DNA of 37,484 bases from Betaproteobacteria bacterium (GCA_050257255.1 JBLMWN010000154.1:1-37484), one strand, 5' to 3'; numbered from the stretch's first letter, positions 7,634-16,631 are shown. Translations and numbers: made by a program. Notes: generated from the letters alone by a model not told the origin.

Positions 7634-8626
7634 ATGAAACGTTTGGCCATTATCATCGTTGCACTTGCGCTCTTGGCATCGGGATGCGCGAGGCCCAAGA
7701 CGGTCCAGAAGACCGAGTCAATCATGGGCACGGAGGTAACCATCACGCTCGTCACCCGGTCAGCCGAAGAAGGAGAAGCGGCCATCGATGCAGGGATGGC
7801 CGAACTGCGGCGGCTGGATGCCATGATGTCGCTTTACAAGGATGACAGCGAGATCACGAAGGTGAACCTGGCTGCAGGCAAGCACCCGGTGAAAGTTTCC
7901 CCGGAAATGATCGAGGTTGTGGAACGGGCAGCGGAGGTGTCGAAGCTTTCGGGCGGAGTATTCGATGTCACGGTCGGCCCCCTCGTTGTCCTATGGCAGA
8001 TTAGGCTGAAAGAGGGGAAAATTCCTACCGACGAAGAAATAGCAAGGGTCCGTCCCCTTGTGAACTACCGGAATATCGTCATTGATAAGAAGGTGTCCAC
8101 GATCTTTCTCAAGAAGCCCGGCATGATCATGGACTTTGGTGGCATGAAGGGATACATGGCGGACCGGGTAGCCGATATATTCAAAAAAAGAGGAATCAGC
8201 AACGCCGTCATTGCCCTTGCGGGAGATATCTGGGTATTGGGCCATCGGGACGACGGCAAGCCTTGGAGGATCGGTGTGCAACACCCGCGGGAACCCGACA
8301 AGGTCCTGACCGTCCTGGACCTCAATGACAAATACATTTCCACGTCCGGTGATTACGAACGGTTCGTCATCAGAGAAAAGAAACGTTATCATCACATCAT
8401 CAATCCCCGAACGGGAAAGCCGTCGAAAGGGGTCATCTCCGTGACCCTCGTCGGAGACAAGGGAGCGCTCATTGATCCTCTCTGCAAGGTTCCGTTCATT
8501 CTTGGCGCCGACGAGGGATTGAAGATCGCAAAGAGCGTCGGTGCTGAAGCAATTATTGTTGATGAACAAGGAAAGATCTTCATGACCGGCGGGATCAGGA
8601 ATTTGATGGACGAGCAAGGTCGCTGA
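7634..8626 (+). CDS. apbE: FAD:protein FMN transferase (ApbE family lipoprotein)
   Basis: Lipobox LLASG|C. ApbE motifs MGTEVTITL, SEITKVN, FDVTVGPLVVLW, DFGGMKGYMADRV, STSGDYERF, HHIINPRTGKP. ATG at 7634 (the track starts at GTG 7631). Confidence 0.9.
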   Translation: MKRLAIIIVALALLASGCARPKTVQKTESIMGTEVTITLVTRSAEEGEAAIDAGMAELRRLDAMMSLYKDDSEITKVNLAAGKHPVKVSPEMIEVVERAAEVSKLSGGVFDVTVGPLVVLWQIRLKEGKIPTDEEIARVRPLVNYRNIVIDKKVSTIFLKKPGMIMDFGGMKGYMADRVADIFKKRGISNAVIALAGDIWVLGHRDDGKPWRIGVQHPREPDKVLTVLDLNDKYISTSGDYERFVIREKKRYHHIINPRTGKPSKGVISVTLVGDKGALIDPLCKVPFILGADEGLKIAKSVGAEAIIVDEQGKIFMTGGIRNLMDEQGR

Positions 8627-8701
8627 GTCCTGCGACGGTTCGATTCCGGCGGATGCTCTCGCCCCGGTGCTTTTTGAAGATCATTGAACCAAGAATGAGC
8701 C

Positions 8702-9157
8702 ATGGGAAACTCCACTCGAATTAAAGTGATGTTCCTCTGCACCGGCAATTCCTGCAGGAGCCAGATGGCTGAAGGGCTTGCCCGCGAGATCGGCAAGGGC
8801 ATCCTCGAGCCGTACAGCGCAGGACTTATTGCCGCAGGCGTGCATCCGCGGGCAATCGAGGTGATGAAGGAAATCGGCATAGACATTTCAAAACAGAAAT
8901 CGAAAGAGATAGACGAAGGTCTGTTGCATACGATGGATGTCGTCATCACGCTCTGCACCAGCGCTGAACAGGCTTGTCCTTGGACTCCGCCGGACATGAA
9001 GCGGCTCCATTGGCCTGTCAAAGATCCGGTGGGGATAATCGGGAGCAGGGAAGAAGTCATGAAAGAGTTTAGGCGAGCACGGGATGAAATTAAGCAAAAA
9101 ATTGATGAATTCGTGAGGGCCTTGAATCAGGAGCGCGCCGGAACCCGGCATCGCTGA
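8702..9157 (+). CDS. arsC: Thioredoxin-coupled arsenate reductase / LMW-PTP family protein
   Basis: P-loop FLCTGNSCRSQMAEG (CX5R) plus the downstream Cys pair VITLCTSAEQACP typical of Trx-coupled ArsC. No arsR/arsB/acr3 is nearby. Confidence 0.8.
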   Translation: MGNSTRIKVMFLCTGNSCRSQMAEGLAREIGKGILEPYSAGLIAAGVHPRAIEVMKEIGIDISKQKSKEIDEGLLHTMDVVITLCTSAEQACPWTPPDMKRLHWPVKDPVGIIGSREEVMKEFRRARDEIKQKIDEFVRALNQERAGTRHR

Positions 9158-9206
9158 TACAGCCGTTCGTCCGTTTTAAAACAGCGTTATGATGTAAAAA
9201 AAACAG

Positions 9207-9235
9207 TTGCGCATACAAAGCGAGACTGGTATTAT
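9207..9235 (+). promoter_or_regulatory. Sigma-70-like promoter for the HesB-like selenoprotein gene
   Basis: TTGCGC (9207-9212), 17 nt, TATTAT (9230-9235), ~65 nt upstream of the ATG at 9301. Confidence 0.45.
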
Positions 9236-9300
9236 GGTAAACTTAATTTTACTCTTGAACCCGAGGACAGGGTTTATACAGATGACATCGAGGAGGAAGC

Positions 9301-9603
9301 ATGGTTAGTTTGACAGACAACGCGGTAAACAAGTTCAAGGAAGTCGTCTCCAAGCAGGGCGCTGCCGGAGACGGTGTGCGGATCTTCGTTGTTCCGGGCG
9401 GCTGAAGCCCCTCATTGGCTATGGACATAGCCAAAGCGGCACAGATGGGCGATACGACCATCGAAGTGAACGGTCTGAAGATTTTCCTGGAGGAACGGGC
9501 CAACGCCATGCTCGCGAATACGAGCATTGATTTCCACGAGCATCAGGGTTTCGTTCTCACCGGCATGCAGCCGAGCTCATGCGGCTCTTCCTGCAGCTGC
9601 TAG
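9301..9603 (+). CDS. HesB/IscA-like A-type Fe-S carrier selenoprotein (UGA at 9403-9405 read as Sec)
   Basis: ATG 9301 follows a perfect AGGAGG (9291-9296). The same frame as track ORF 9415..9603 is interrupted only by TGA at codon 35. Translation: MVSLTDNAVNKFKEVVSKQGAAGDGVRIFVVPGG-U-SPSLAMDIAKA...FVLTGMQPSSCGSSCSC. The U aligns with the first conserved Cys of HesB/IscA (GGCxG). A C-terminal Cys cluster is present and a SECIS-like hairpin lies 9 nt downstream. Confidence 0.85.
9413..9436 (+). promoter_or_regulatory. SECIS-like mRNA hairpin directing Sec insertion at UGA 9403-9405
   Basis: TTGGCTAT (9415-9422) pairs with ATAGCCAA (9427-9434) around a GGAC loop, with a possible extra C9413:G9436 pair after an A/A mismatch. 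Its position just 3' of the in-frame UGA is as in bacterial SECIS elements. Confidence 0.7.
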
Positions 9604-9630
9604 CACAAATTATTTAAAACCACTCACCAC

Positions 9631-9669
9631 AACCGCTGTTTCCGTCCGGAAGCAGCGGTTTTCTTTTTC
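9631..9669 (+). terminator. Strong Rho-independent terminator after the selenoprotein gene
   Basis: 13-bp stem AACCGCTGTTTCC / GGAAGCAGCGGTT (one G:U) with a 4-nt loop, followed by TTCTTTTTC. Confidence 0.85.
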
Positions 9670-9839
9670 TGCATCGACTGTCCAAATCTCATCACGGCAG
9701 ACGCAGCAATGCCGGCGATAGTGCATGAATAGTCGGCGTCATCGGCGCCGATATTTGCTACAATATAAACATGCATTTACCCTGATTGACTGTCCGCAAC
9801 ACAATGTATCTTAACCACACGGGGCCGAGGATAAGTCGT

Positions 9840-11345
9840 ATGAGAAAAACGATCTCAGCGCTGCTCTGGATCATCCTCCTGTTTAGCGCCGGTGCAACGG
9901 CATATGCAGCCGAGACGAAGCGGGAGGAGAGCAAGTGTCCGCCCGGAGCAGGGCAGGCGAAGGACAGCAGCGGCATCTGCGCAGACCCCGGCCAAGGACT
10001 CCTGCAACCGCTTCTGCAAATCGGGGAAAAAGAGCCCCCTTCCGAGACGGCAGGCGCGGAGGGCCCCCGTCAACTGGATTCAAGAGCTGGAACGATAATC
10101 GTCTATTTATTCTGGGGCACGGGATGCCCACACTGCGAGGATGAAAAACGTTATCTTGCCGAACTACAACGTAAATATCCTGACGTGGAAGTCAAGGAGT
10201 GCGAGGTCTTTTACAACAAGCAGAATCGCAGCTTGTTGACGGGCTTGCTGAAGGTCCACGGCATGCAGGCCTCCGGCGTCCCGATCACCTTTGTCGATGA
10301 TAAGGTGTTCGTGGGATTTTCTCAGCAAACGAAGGAAGCGATGGAAAAGGCGATACGTGCATGCCGTGTGAAGAGCTGCGTGGATCCGGCCGATTTCCTG
10401 AAGGATAGAGGACGGCTCATAAAACCGGAACGTGCGGCACAGGCGATTTCGGGAGTTACGGTCACAACTCCCGGGAAAGAAAAAGGCTTGTCCGTCGATA
10501 TTCCGCTGTTTGGAACGCGGGATGCCGGGAACACCTCTCTCCCGCTGCTTACGCTCGTCATCGCCGGGATGGACAGCTTCAATCCTTGTGCATTCTTCGT
10601 GCTCCTGTCTCTTCTCGGGCTTCTGGTCCATGCCCAGTCCCGCAACAAGATGCTGCTGGTGGGAGGGGTCTTTGTTTTCTTTTCCGGCGTCATCTACTTC
10701 CTGTTCATGGCTGCCTGGTTGAACCTGTTCCTGGTCATGGGGAATGTTTCAGCCATCACCAAAATTGCGGGCGGCGTTTCTCTGCTGATCGCGGCGGTCA
10801 ATATCAAGGACTTTTTCATTTTTAGAAAAGGGGTTTCGCTCACGATTCCGGACAGTGCAAAGCCGAAGCTCTTCGACCGGATGAGGAAACTGCTGCGGTC
10901 CACGTCCCTCTTTTCGATCATCGCAGGCACGGCGGTCCTTGCGATCGTGGCGAATTCCTATGAGATCCTGTGTACGGCCGGGTTTCCCATGGTGTTTACG
11001 AGGATCCTGACGCTCTATAATCTTACGACGACTTCTTATTATCTGTATCTGGCATTGTACAACATCGTTTATATTGTCCCGCTTTTTATCATCGTTTTGG
11101 CGTTCACCATCACGCTCGGGAGCAGAAAACTTTCGGAACGGCAGGGAAGGACATTAAAGCTTGTCTCAGGTACGATGATGCTGGGGCTTGGCGGAGTCCT
11201 TCTCGTCAACCCCACGCTCCTCAACAGTCTTATGATGTCCTTCGTTCTCCTGGCAGGATCGATAGCGGCCTCATTTATTGTCATCTCGGTGGCGGGAAAA
11301 TACGAGACGAAGAGTCTGGGTGAAAACCGGACAAGGATGCAATAA
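9840..11345 (+). CDS. Secreted thioredoxin-fold domain (CPHC) fused to a polytopic DsbD/CcdA-like membrane domain
   Basis: Signal peptide MRKTISALLWIILLFSAGATAYA from the ATG at 9840. A low-complexity linker is followed by the Trx motif LFWGTGCPHCE. Then come ~8 hydrophobic segments with Cys-containing motifs DSFNPCAFFVLL and EILCTAGFPMVF, reminiscent of the paired transmembrane Cys of DsbD-family electron conduits. Confidence 0.65.
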   Translation: MRKTISALLWIILLFSAGATAYAAETKREESKCPPGAGQAKDSSGICADPGQGLLQPLLQIGEKEPPSETAGAEGPRQLDSRAGTIIVYLFWGTGCPHCEDEKRYLAELQRKYPDVEVKECEVFYNKQNRSLLTGLLKVHGMQASGVPITFVDDKVFVGFSQQTKEAMEKAIRACRVKSCVDPADFLKDRGRLIKPERAAQAISGVTVTTPGKEKGLSVDIPLFGTRDAGNTSLPLLTLVIAGMDSFNPCAFFVLLSLLGLLVHAQSRNKMLLVGGVFVFFSGVIYFLFMAAWLNLFLVMGNVSAITKIAGGVSLLIAAVNIKDFFIFRKGVSLTIPDSAKPKLFDRMRKLLRSTSLFSIIAGTAVLAIVANSYEILCTAGFPMVFTRILTLYNLTTTSYYLYLALYNIVYIVPLFIIVLAFTITLGSRKLSERQGRTLKLVSGTMMLGLGGVLLVNPTLLNSLMMSFVLLAGSIAASFIVISVAGKYETKSLGENRTRMQ

Positions 11346-11454
11346 ACCGATAGAGGCATAGGGGGGGAGGGTGAAAAATGACTGCGATATCATCTATACT
11401 ATTATTAAGGGTCAGATGTTATGAAACAGAACGTGGAGAAATGGGGTTCCTGAC

Positions 11455-12195
11455 ATGATTGAGATCAGAAATTTATCTGTCAGCGTTGAAGGGAAAAGGA
11501 TACTCAATGCCGTGAATCTCCACATTGGCCGTGGAGAATCCATTGTTTTGTTCGGTCCGAACGGTTCCGGAAAAACTTCACTCCTGAAGACGATCATGGG
11601 TATCCCGCAGTACCGGGTGGAATCGGGGACCATTATCTACCGCGGCGAGGAAATCACACAGCGAAACATCGACGAACGTGCCAGACTTGGGATCGGCATC
11701 GCATTTCAGCACCCGCCGGCGGTAAGGGGCGTGAAGCTTGAAGACATGCTGCGCATCTGCATGGAAAAGAGCGGTGTCTTCAAGGAAGAAAGGGTCATCG
11801 AGGCTGCAGAGAAACTGAATTGCATGGAATTTTTGGACAGGGACGTCAATCTGGGCTTTTCCGGCGGGGAGATCAAGCGGTCCGAACTCCTTCAGCTCCT
11901 CGTCCAGAATCCCGAATTCGTAATGTTTGATGAACCTGATTCAGGCGTGGACCTGGTCAATATCAATCTGGTGGGTAGGGTTATGAATGAATTGCTCGAG
12001 AAAGACAAAAGGGAAGACAAGAGAACCAAAGGGGGGCTCATCATAACGCATGCCGGTCACATCCTGGATTATGTCAATGCCGACAGGGCATACGTTATGC
12101 TGGACGGCACCGTAAGCTGCTCCGGGAACCCGAGGGACATTCTGGAGGACATACGGACAAAAGGGTATGAGGAGTGCGTGAGATGTCGAAGGTAA
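11455..12195 (+). CDS. sufC: Fe-S cluster assembly ATPase SufC
   Basis: Walker A GPNGSGKTSL, signature GFSGGEIKRSELLQL, Walker B FVMFDEPDSGVD, H-loop ITHAG. The size and motif spacing are typical of SufC. Confidence 0.85.
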   Translation: MIEIRNLSVSVEGKRILNAVNLHIGRGESIVLFGPNGSGKTSLLKTIMGIPQYRVESGTIIYRGEEITQRNIDERARLGIGIAFQHPPAVRGVKLEDMLRICMEKSGVFKEERVIEAAEKLNCMEFLDRDVNLGFSGGEIKRSELLQLLVQNPEFVMFDEPDSGVDLVNINLVGRVMNELLEKDKREDKRTKGGLIITHAGHILDYVNADRAYVMLDGTVSCSGNPRDILEDIRTKGYEECVRCRR

Positions 12196-13409
12196 ATCTT
12201 AAGGAAAAGGCGAAACGTGCTGAAAAGAAACCCGCAGCCATCGGACCGGATATCGACCTCGCCGCGTATTCCGTCCAGGCTGAGGAGCACGGCGGGATAC
12301 AACGATTGACAGGATTGACCGATGAAGTAAAAGAGCGTGCTGTTACCGTGGGGATAGACACCGAGGAAGCGTGCAGGGCAGGGTCATTTTTTCAGATGGA
12401 CCATTCGGTCATCCTCTCGTCAGCCTATCAAAGCGGCCTCGAGGTGATGAGCACCACCGAGGCGCTCGAAAAATACGAGTGGCTCAGGGACTATTGGTGG
12501 AAGGCCGTGCAGGTGGACGCGGACAAGTATACTGCCCAGGCCGAGCTGAAGCGGCACCACGGCTACTTTCTGAGGGCGCTCCCCGGTGCAAAGGCGGAAT
12601 TTCCCCTGCAGGCCTGTCTCTACATGGCCAGGGAAGGGCTGGCGCAGAATGTCCATAATGTCATTATCGCCGAGGAGGGCTCGGAGCTCCATATCATCAC
12701 CGGCTGCACAACGGCGCAGCACGTGAGATCAGGGCTCCATGTCGGTGTCTCCGAGTTTTACGTGAAGAAGAACGCAAAGGTAACCTTTACCATGATTCAT
12801 AACTGGGCCGAGGACGTTGCTGTGAGACCGAGGACCGGTACGATCGTGGAGGAGAACGGCGTTTTCATGAGCAACTACATTTGCATGAGACCGGTAAAAA
12901 CCCTGCAGATGTACCCCGCTGCATACTGTGTCGGTGAGAACGCCACCGTCAGGTACAATACCGTTCTTTTCGCGCCCGAAGGATCGAACATGGATGTGGG
13001 CTCCAAAGTGTTCCTGAGGGCCAAGGGGAGCAGGGCAGAGGTCGTTGCACGGGCCATAACGAAGGGGGGCGCTATCGTCACGAGGGGGAACCTGATCGGA
13101 GAGGTCTCTGGAATCAAGGCGCATTTGGAATGCCGGGGGCTCATCCTCTCTGAACGAGGATCGATCCTCGCCATCCCTGAGTTGGACGGCAGAGTGAGCG
13201 GCGTTGATATGTCCCACGAGGCGGCTGTCGGGAAGATCGCGGAGGAAGAGATCCAGTATCTTATGGCGCGCGGGCTGACCAGCGATGAGGCAACGGCCGC
13301 CATCGTCAGAGGTTTCTTGGACGTCGAGATCAAGGGCCTGCCGGAGCATCTCAAGGGAGAGATAAAAAAGGCGGTCAGCTTGGGAGAAAAAGAGGAACGT
13401 CTTTTGTGA
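12183..13409 (+). CDS. Fe-S cluster assembly scaffold, SufB/SufD family
   Basis: 408 aa from the ATG at 12183, overlapping the sufC 3' end by 13 nt. It has a beta-helix-type SufBD core and a C-terminal AAVGKIAEEEIQYLMARGLTSDEATAAIVRGFL region characteristic of SufB/SufD. SufB and SufD cannot be separated by eye. Confidence 0.8.
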   Translation: MSKVNLKEKAKRAEKKPAAIGPDIDLAAYSVQAEEHGGIQRLTGLTDEVKERAVTVGIDTEEACRAGSFFQMDHSVILSSAYQSGLEVMSTTEALEKYEWLRDYWWKAVQVDADKYTAQAELKRHHGYFLRALPGAKAEFPLQACLYMAREGLAQNVHNVIIAEEGSELHIITGCTTAQHVRSGLHVGVSEFYVKKNAKVTFTMIHNWAEDVAVRPRTGTIVEENGVFMSNYICMRPVKTLQMYPAAYCVGENATVRYNTVLFAPEGSNMDVGSKVFLRAKGSRAEVVARAITKGGAIVTRGNLIGEVSGIKAHLECRGLILSERGSILAIPELDGRVSGVDMSHEAAVGKIAEEEIQYLMARGLTSDEATAAIVRGFLDVEIKGLPEHLKGEIKKAVSLGEKEERLL

Positions 13410-13444
13410 AGATTTTTTGAACTTGAATACGGACGAACATACGG

Positions 13445-14050
13445 CTATCTCATGTCAATCCCGAAGGCATGGGAAAACCTGTTGTGGGTCGTGAGGTCCA
13501 GTTCTATCGAAGACGACCTCAATGGATACAGCATTTTTTCAGGGCCTTCCAGCCTCGGTTCGATGACATATCGTGCTAGAGCGATGTCTTTGAAGCACCC
13601 GTCGCTCCTGTTCTTTCTGACCCGGTATTTCAATCCCATAGAAAACGCTCCATCATTGGAGGAAATTATGCTGTTCATGATGCTTGCGTATTTATCGACG
13701 TCATCGCCGGTCAATATGGCCAGCATCGTGAGTGATTTATATTTTTTTCTGCCGTGGAGGTAGAGATTCTTGACCGCATCTCCTCCCAGATAAATAACAT
13801 GGCCGGAATGGCTGATGAAGTAGTTGACGATCGGGCCGACGTGTTCCACGTCTTTTTTCTTCAGGAGGTGCGCATATGTTTCGGAAGATTTCTCGAGCCT
13901 GAACAGGGGTGTCGAGCTGAAATGGATCAGCGAAGGGTGGTTGACATCCAGGTGTCCTGGGAAGAAAAACGCTGACGGACTTTTCTTCCGAGGCGGTTCC
14001 GAAGCCGGCTTCGGAGACGTGGTCACGTCTTCAGTCTTGTGCTGAGACAT
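13445..14050 (-). CDS. Hypothetical protein (201 aa), lower GC than its neighbours
   Basis: The internal ATG at 14048-14050 has a good SD (CAGAGGAGC, 7 nt upstream). The track's longer ORF (to 14131) lacks one. No motif was recognised. It lies immediately downstream of fabF on the same strand. Confidence 0.55.
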   Translation of the reverse strand: MSQHKTEDVTTSPKPASEPPRKKSPSAFFFPGHLDVNHPSLIHFSSTPLFRLEKSSETYAHLLKKKDVEHVGPIVNYFISHSGHVIYLGGDAVKNLYLHGRKKYKSLTMLAILTGDDVDKYASIMNSIISSNDGAFSMGLKYRVRKNRSDGCFKDIALARYVIEPRLEGPEKMLYPLRSSSIELDLTTHNRFSHAFGIDMR

Positions 14051-14145
14051 TATGCCGCTCCTCTGAATGCCGATATTATAATCGAAACCGGGGGAAAAGA
14101 GAAGAGATTGTTTCGTGATAGTAGCGCACATGGATGTTATTTTTA

Positions 14146-15411
14146 TTATTGAAAACGTCTGAAAACAAGCGAGGCGTTGATCCCTCCGAAGCCGAGGGAG
14201 TTGGAAAGGACGGCTTGTATATTTTTCTTTCTGGCTTTGTTCGGCACGTAGTCAAGATCACATTCAGGATCAGGGGTCTCGAGGTTAATTGTCGGCGGAA
14301 CGACGCCCTGCTGCAGCGCGAGCGCAGCAACCCCTGCTTCCACCGCGCCCGCGGCGCCCAGCATGTGTCCGAGCATGGATTTGGATGAGCTTATTGCAAG
14401 TTTTCGTGCATGTTCGCCGAATGCTTTTTTTATGGCGAGTGTTTCTATCCTGTCGTTCGCTATAGTTGACGTGCCATGAGCATTGATATATTCGATATTT
14501 TCAGGCAACATATTCGCGTCGGAAAGCGCGAGCATCATCGCACGCGCCGGTCCTTCGCCGTCGGGATCGGGCCGGGTATAGTGATAGGCGTCTGATGAAA
14601 GCCCGTACCCCGCAAGCTCCGCGTAAATCCTCGCGCCCCGCTCTTGCGCATGCCCAAGCTCTTCGAGGATGAGTACGCCTGCGCCCTCGGAAAGCACGAA
14701 TCCGTCCCGGTCCCGGTCGAAGGGCCGGCTGGCTTTTCCCGGATCATTGTTCCGCAGGGATAGTGCTCTCGCCTGGCAGAATCCGGCGAGGACGAGCGGC
14801 GTGAGCGCAGCCTCGCTGCCGCCCGCAATCATGACATCGGCATCGTCGCGCTGGATGATCTTCATGGCTTCGCCCAGGGCGTGCGTTCCCGTTGCGCAGG
14901 CTGTCGACACGTCGAGGCACGGTCCCTTTACCCCGAGCCTCATGGAAAGATATCCGGATGCCATGTTGACGAGCGACATGGGCGTGTAAAAAGGAGAGAC
15001 CGCCTTCGGTCCTCTGTTTTGGAGCGCGGCCATGTTCTTCTCCGTTGTAGTCACGCCGCCGCGTCCCGAGCCGACGAGAACACCGATGCGGAACGCCCTC
15101 GATGGAGACTTTCGAGGACGGGCTCCGTGAGGCATGACAGCAAGCCCGGCGTCTTCCATTGCCATCAGCGCGGAGGCCAGGGCATACTGGATGAACGGAT
15201 CCGTCCGGTGAGCTTCCTTCACGGTCATGAAAGCGAGCGGGTCGAACCTCTTGATCTCTCCGGCAATCCGGCACGAGAAAGCCGATGCATCGAATTTGGT
15301 GATCCGCCCGATTCCGGAAGCGCCCCGGGTCAGTGCCTCCCATGTTGCGCCCACCGAGTTCCCGAGCGGTGTGAGCATGCCGATTCCCGTGATGACGACT
15401 CGTTTGTCCAT
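14146..15411 (-). CDS. fabF: Beta-ketoacyl-ACP synthase II
   Basis: N-terminus MDKRVVITGIGMLTPLGN, active-site DVSTACATG, INAHGTST and GHMLGAAG (Cys-His-His triad), C-terminal NSLGFGGINASLVF. Confidence 0.9.
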   Translation of the reverse strand: MDKRVVITGIGMLTPLGNSVGATWEALTRGASGIGRITKFDASAFSCRIAGEIKRFDPLAFMTVKEAHRTDPFIQYALASALMAMEDAGLAVMPHGARPRKSPSRAFRIGVLVGSGRGGVTTTEKNMAALQNRGPKAVSPFYTPMSLVNMASGYLSMRLGVKGPCLDVSTACATGTHALGEAMKIIQRDDADVMIAGGSEAALTPLVLAGFCQARALSLRNNDPGKASRPFDRDRDGFVLSEGAGVLILEELGHAQERGARIYAELAGYGLSSDAYHYTRPDPDGEGPARAMMLALSDANMLPENIEYINAHGTSTIANDRIETLAIKKAFGEHARKLAISSSKSMLGHMLGAAGAVEAGVAALALQQGVVPPTINLETPDPECDLDYVPNKARKKNIQAVLSNSLGFGGINASLVFRRFQ

Positions 15412-15615
15412 TGTGCGAGTATACGGTTTTCCCCTTTTTTTGTCAAAAGCACCCGTTGTGTCGCAGACATCACTTATCTGTCATTGTGGATTGGGTGTTG
15501 CAATCGAGCTTGAATGCCTGTGCAAAGGACATCCATAGTGCTGAAATTGCTCCTGCAAGGACTGCGCACCTGTATTAGACGGCCCGTTTCCGTTTGAAAA
15601 CAGAAGGAAATCAGT

Positions 15616-15643
15616 TTGACAATGCGTTAAATTGTGTTATAGT
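15616..15643 (+). promoter_or_regulatory. Sigma-70 promoter with extended -10 for the DUF4912 gene
   Basis: TTGACA (15616-15621), 16 nt, TGtTATAGT (-10 hexamer at 15638-15643), ~47 nt upstream of the ATG at 15690. Confidence 0.55.
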
Positions 15644-15689
15644 TTATTAGTAAACAGGCATTTTAAATTTACGGAAGGGGGTTTTTGAG

Positions 15690-16631
15690 ATGAAAAAGTC
15701 CGAACTGCTAACGATGGTAGTAAGTGAACTCAAAGCCCTTGCCAAGAAGATGAAGATCGTCGTGCCTGTGAGGGCGAAAAAAGCTGATATCGTTGACGCA
15801 ATTCTGGCTGCATCCAGAATCAAGAAAACAGAGACCGCGAAGGCTGCAGAGCCGAAGAAGGCTGCTTCCAAGGCAAGTGCGAAGGCAGAGAAGGCCGGGG
15901 CGTCTAAGAAAAAGGCCGTCCCAAAACGAGCTCCCGAACGGAAACTCCCGAAGCCCGTCGCTCCGGTTCATGACTGGAAAATGCCGCCCGGTACGGAGGA
16001 GCCGCTGCTGGCGCAGGAGCGCGTGTCCGAGTCAAAGTACTACACAGGACCGGCAAAGCCAATGGCGATTGCGGAGCACGGTGAACTGCCGCAAACCTAC
16101 GGTGAGGACAAGATCATGCTGATGACGCGTGATCCCTTCGTGGTACATGCCTACTGGGAAGCGACTCCGGCACGACTGGAGCGCGAGAAGGCCTGGCTCG
16201 GGTGGAGCAGCAAGCTCTGTGTCCGGATCTACGACATCACGGGAGTGCAGTTCGACGGACGGAACGCAGTCGGGTATTTCGATCAGGAGGTTTCCGAACG
16301 CGCCGGGAACTGGTATTTCGATCTCGGCCGGCCGAGCCACTCATTCTGCGCGGACCTGGGCCTGCTTTCGCCTGAAGGAAGGTTCCTGACGCTTGCTCGC
16401 TCCAACTATGTTACCATGCCGCGCGACGGCGTGTCCGACGTGATCGATGAGGAGTGGTTGCTCGTTGACGAAGAGTTTTGGAAGATCTACGGTTATCCGG
16501 AGGGCCTCCGCGGCGGCTCGTCTCCCGGGATGCAGGAGAAGGAGATGTCGCGGCGCAGGCGCCTGCGCATGCAGGCAATCACGTCGCCGGGTCTGTTTTC
16601 ACCCGGGTGGGTAAAAGCCAAACGGAAATAG
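15690..16631 (+). CDS. Rho_N-like N-terminal domain, Lys/Ala-rich linker and DUF4912 domain protein
   Basis: N-terminus MKKSELLTMVVSELKALAKKMKIVVPVRAKKADIVDAILAA resembles the Rho N-terminal helical motif. The C-terminal part (DKIMLMTRDPFVVHAYWE...NWYFDLGRP...) fits DUF4912, from memory. Confidence 0.7.
   Translation: MKKSELLTMVVSELKALAKKMKIVVPVRAKKADIVDAILAASRIKKTETAKAAEPKKAASKASAKAEKAGASKKKAVPKRAPERKLPKPVAPVHDWKMPPGTEEPLLAQERVSESKYYTGPAKPMAIAEHGELPQTYGEDKIMLMTRDPFVVHAYWEATPARLEREKAWLGWSSKLCVRIYDITGVQFDGRNAVGYFDQEVSERAGNWYFDLGRPSHSFCADLGLLSPEGRFLTLARSNYVTMPRDGVSDVIDEEWLLVDEEFWKIYGYPEGLRGGSSPGMQEKEMSRRRRLRMQAITSPGLFSPGWVKAKRK

Noticed and set aside
9249-9527. 92-aa minus-strand ORF overlapping the selenoprotein gene
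   Set aside because: It is antisense to a gene with SD, promoter, terminator and family motifs, and it has no signals of its own.
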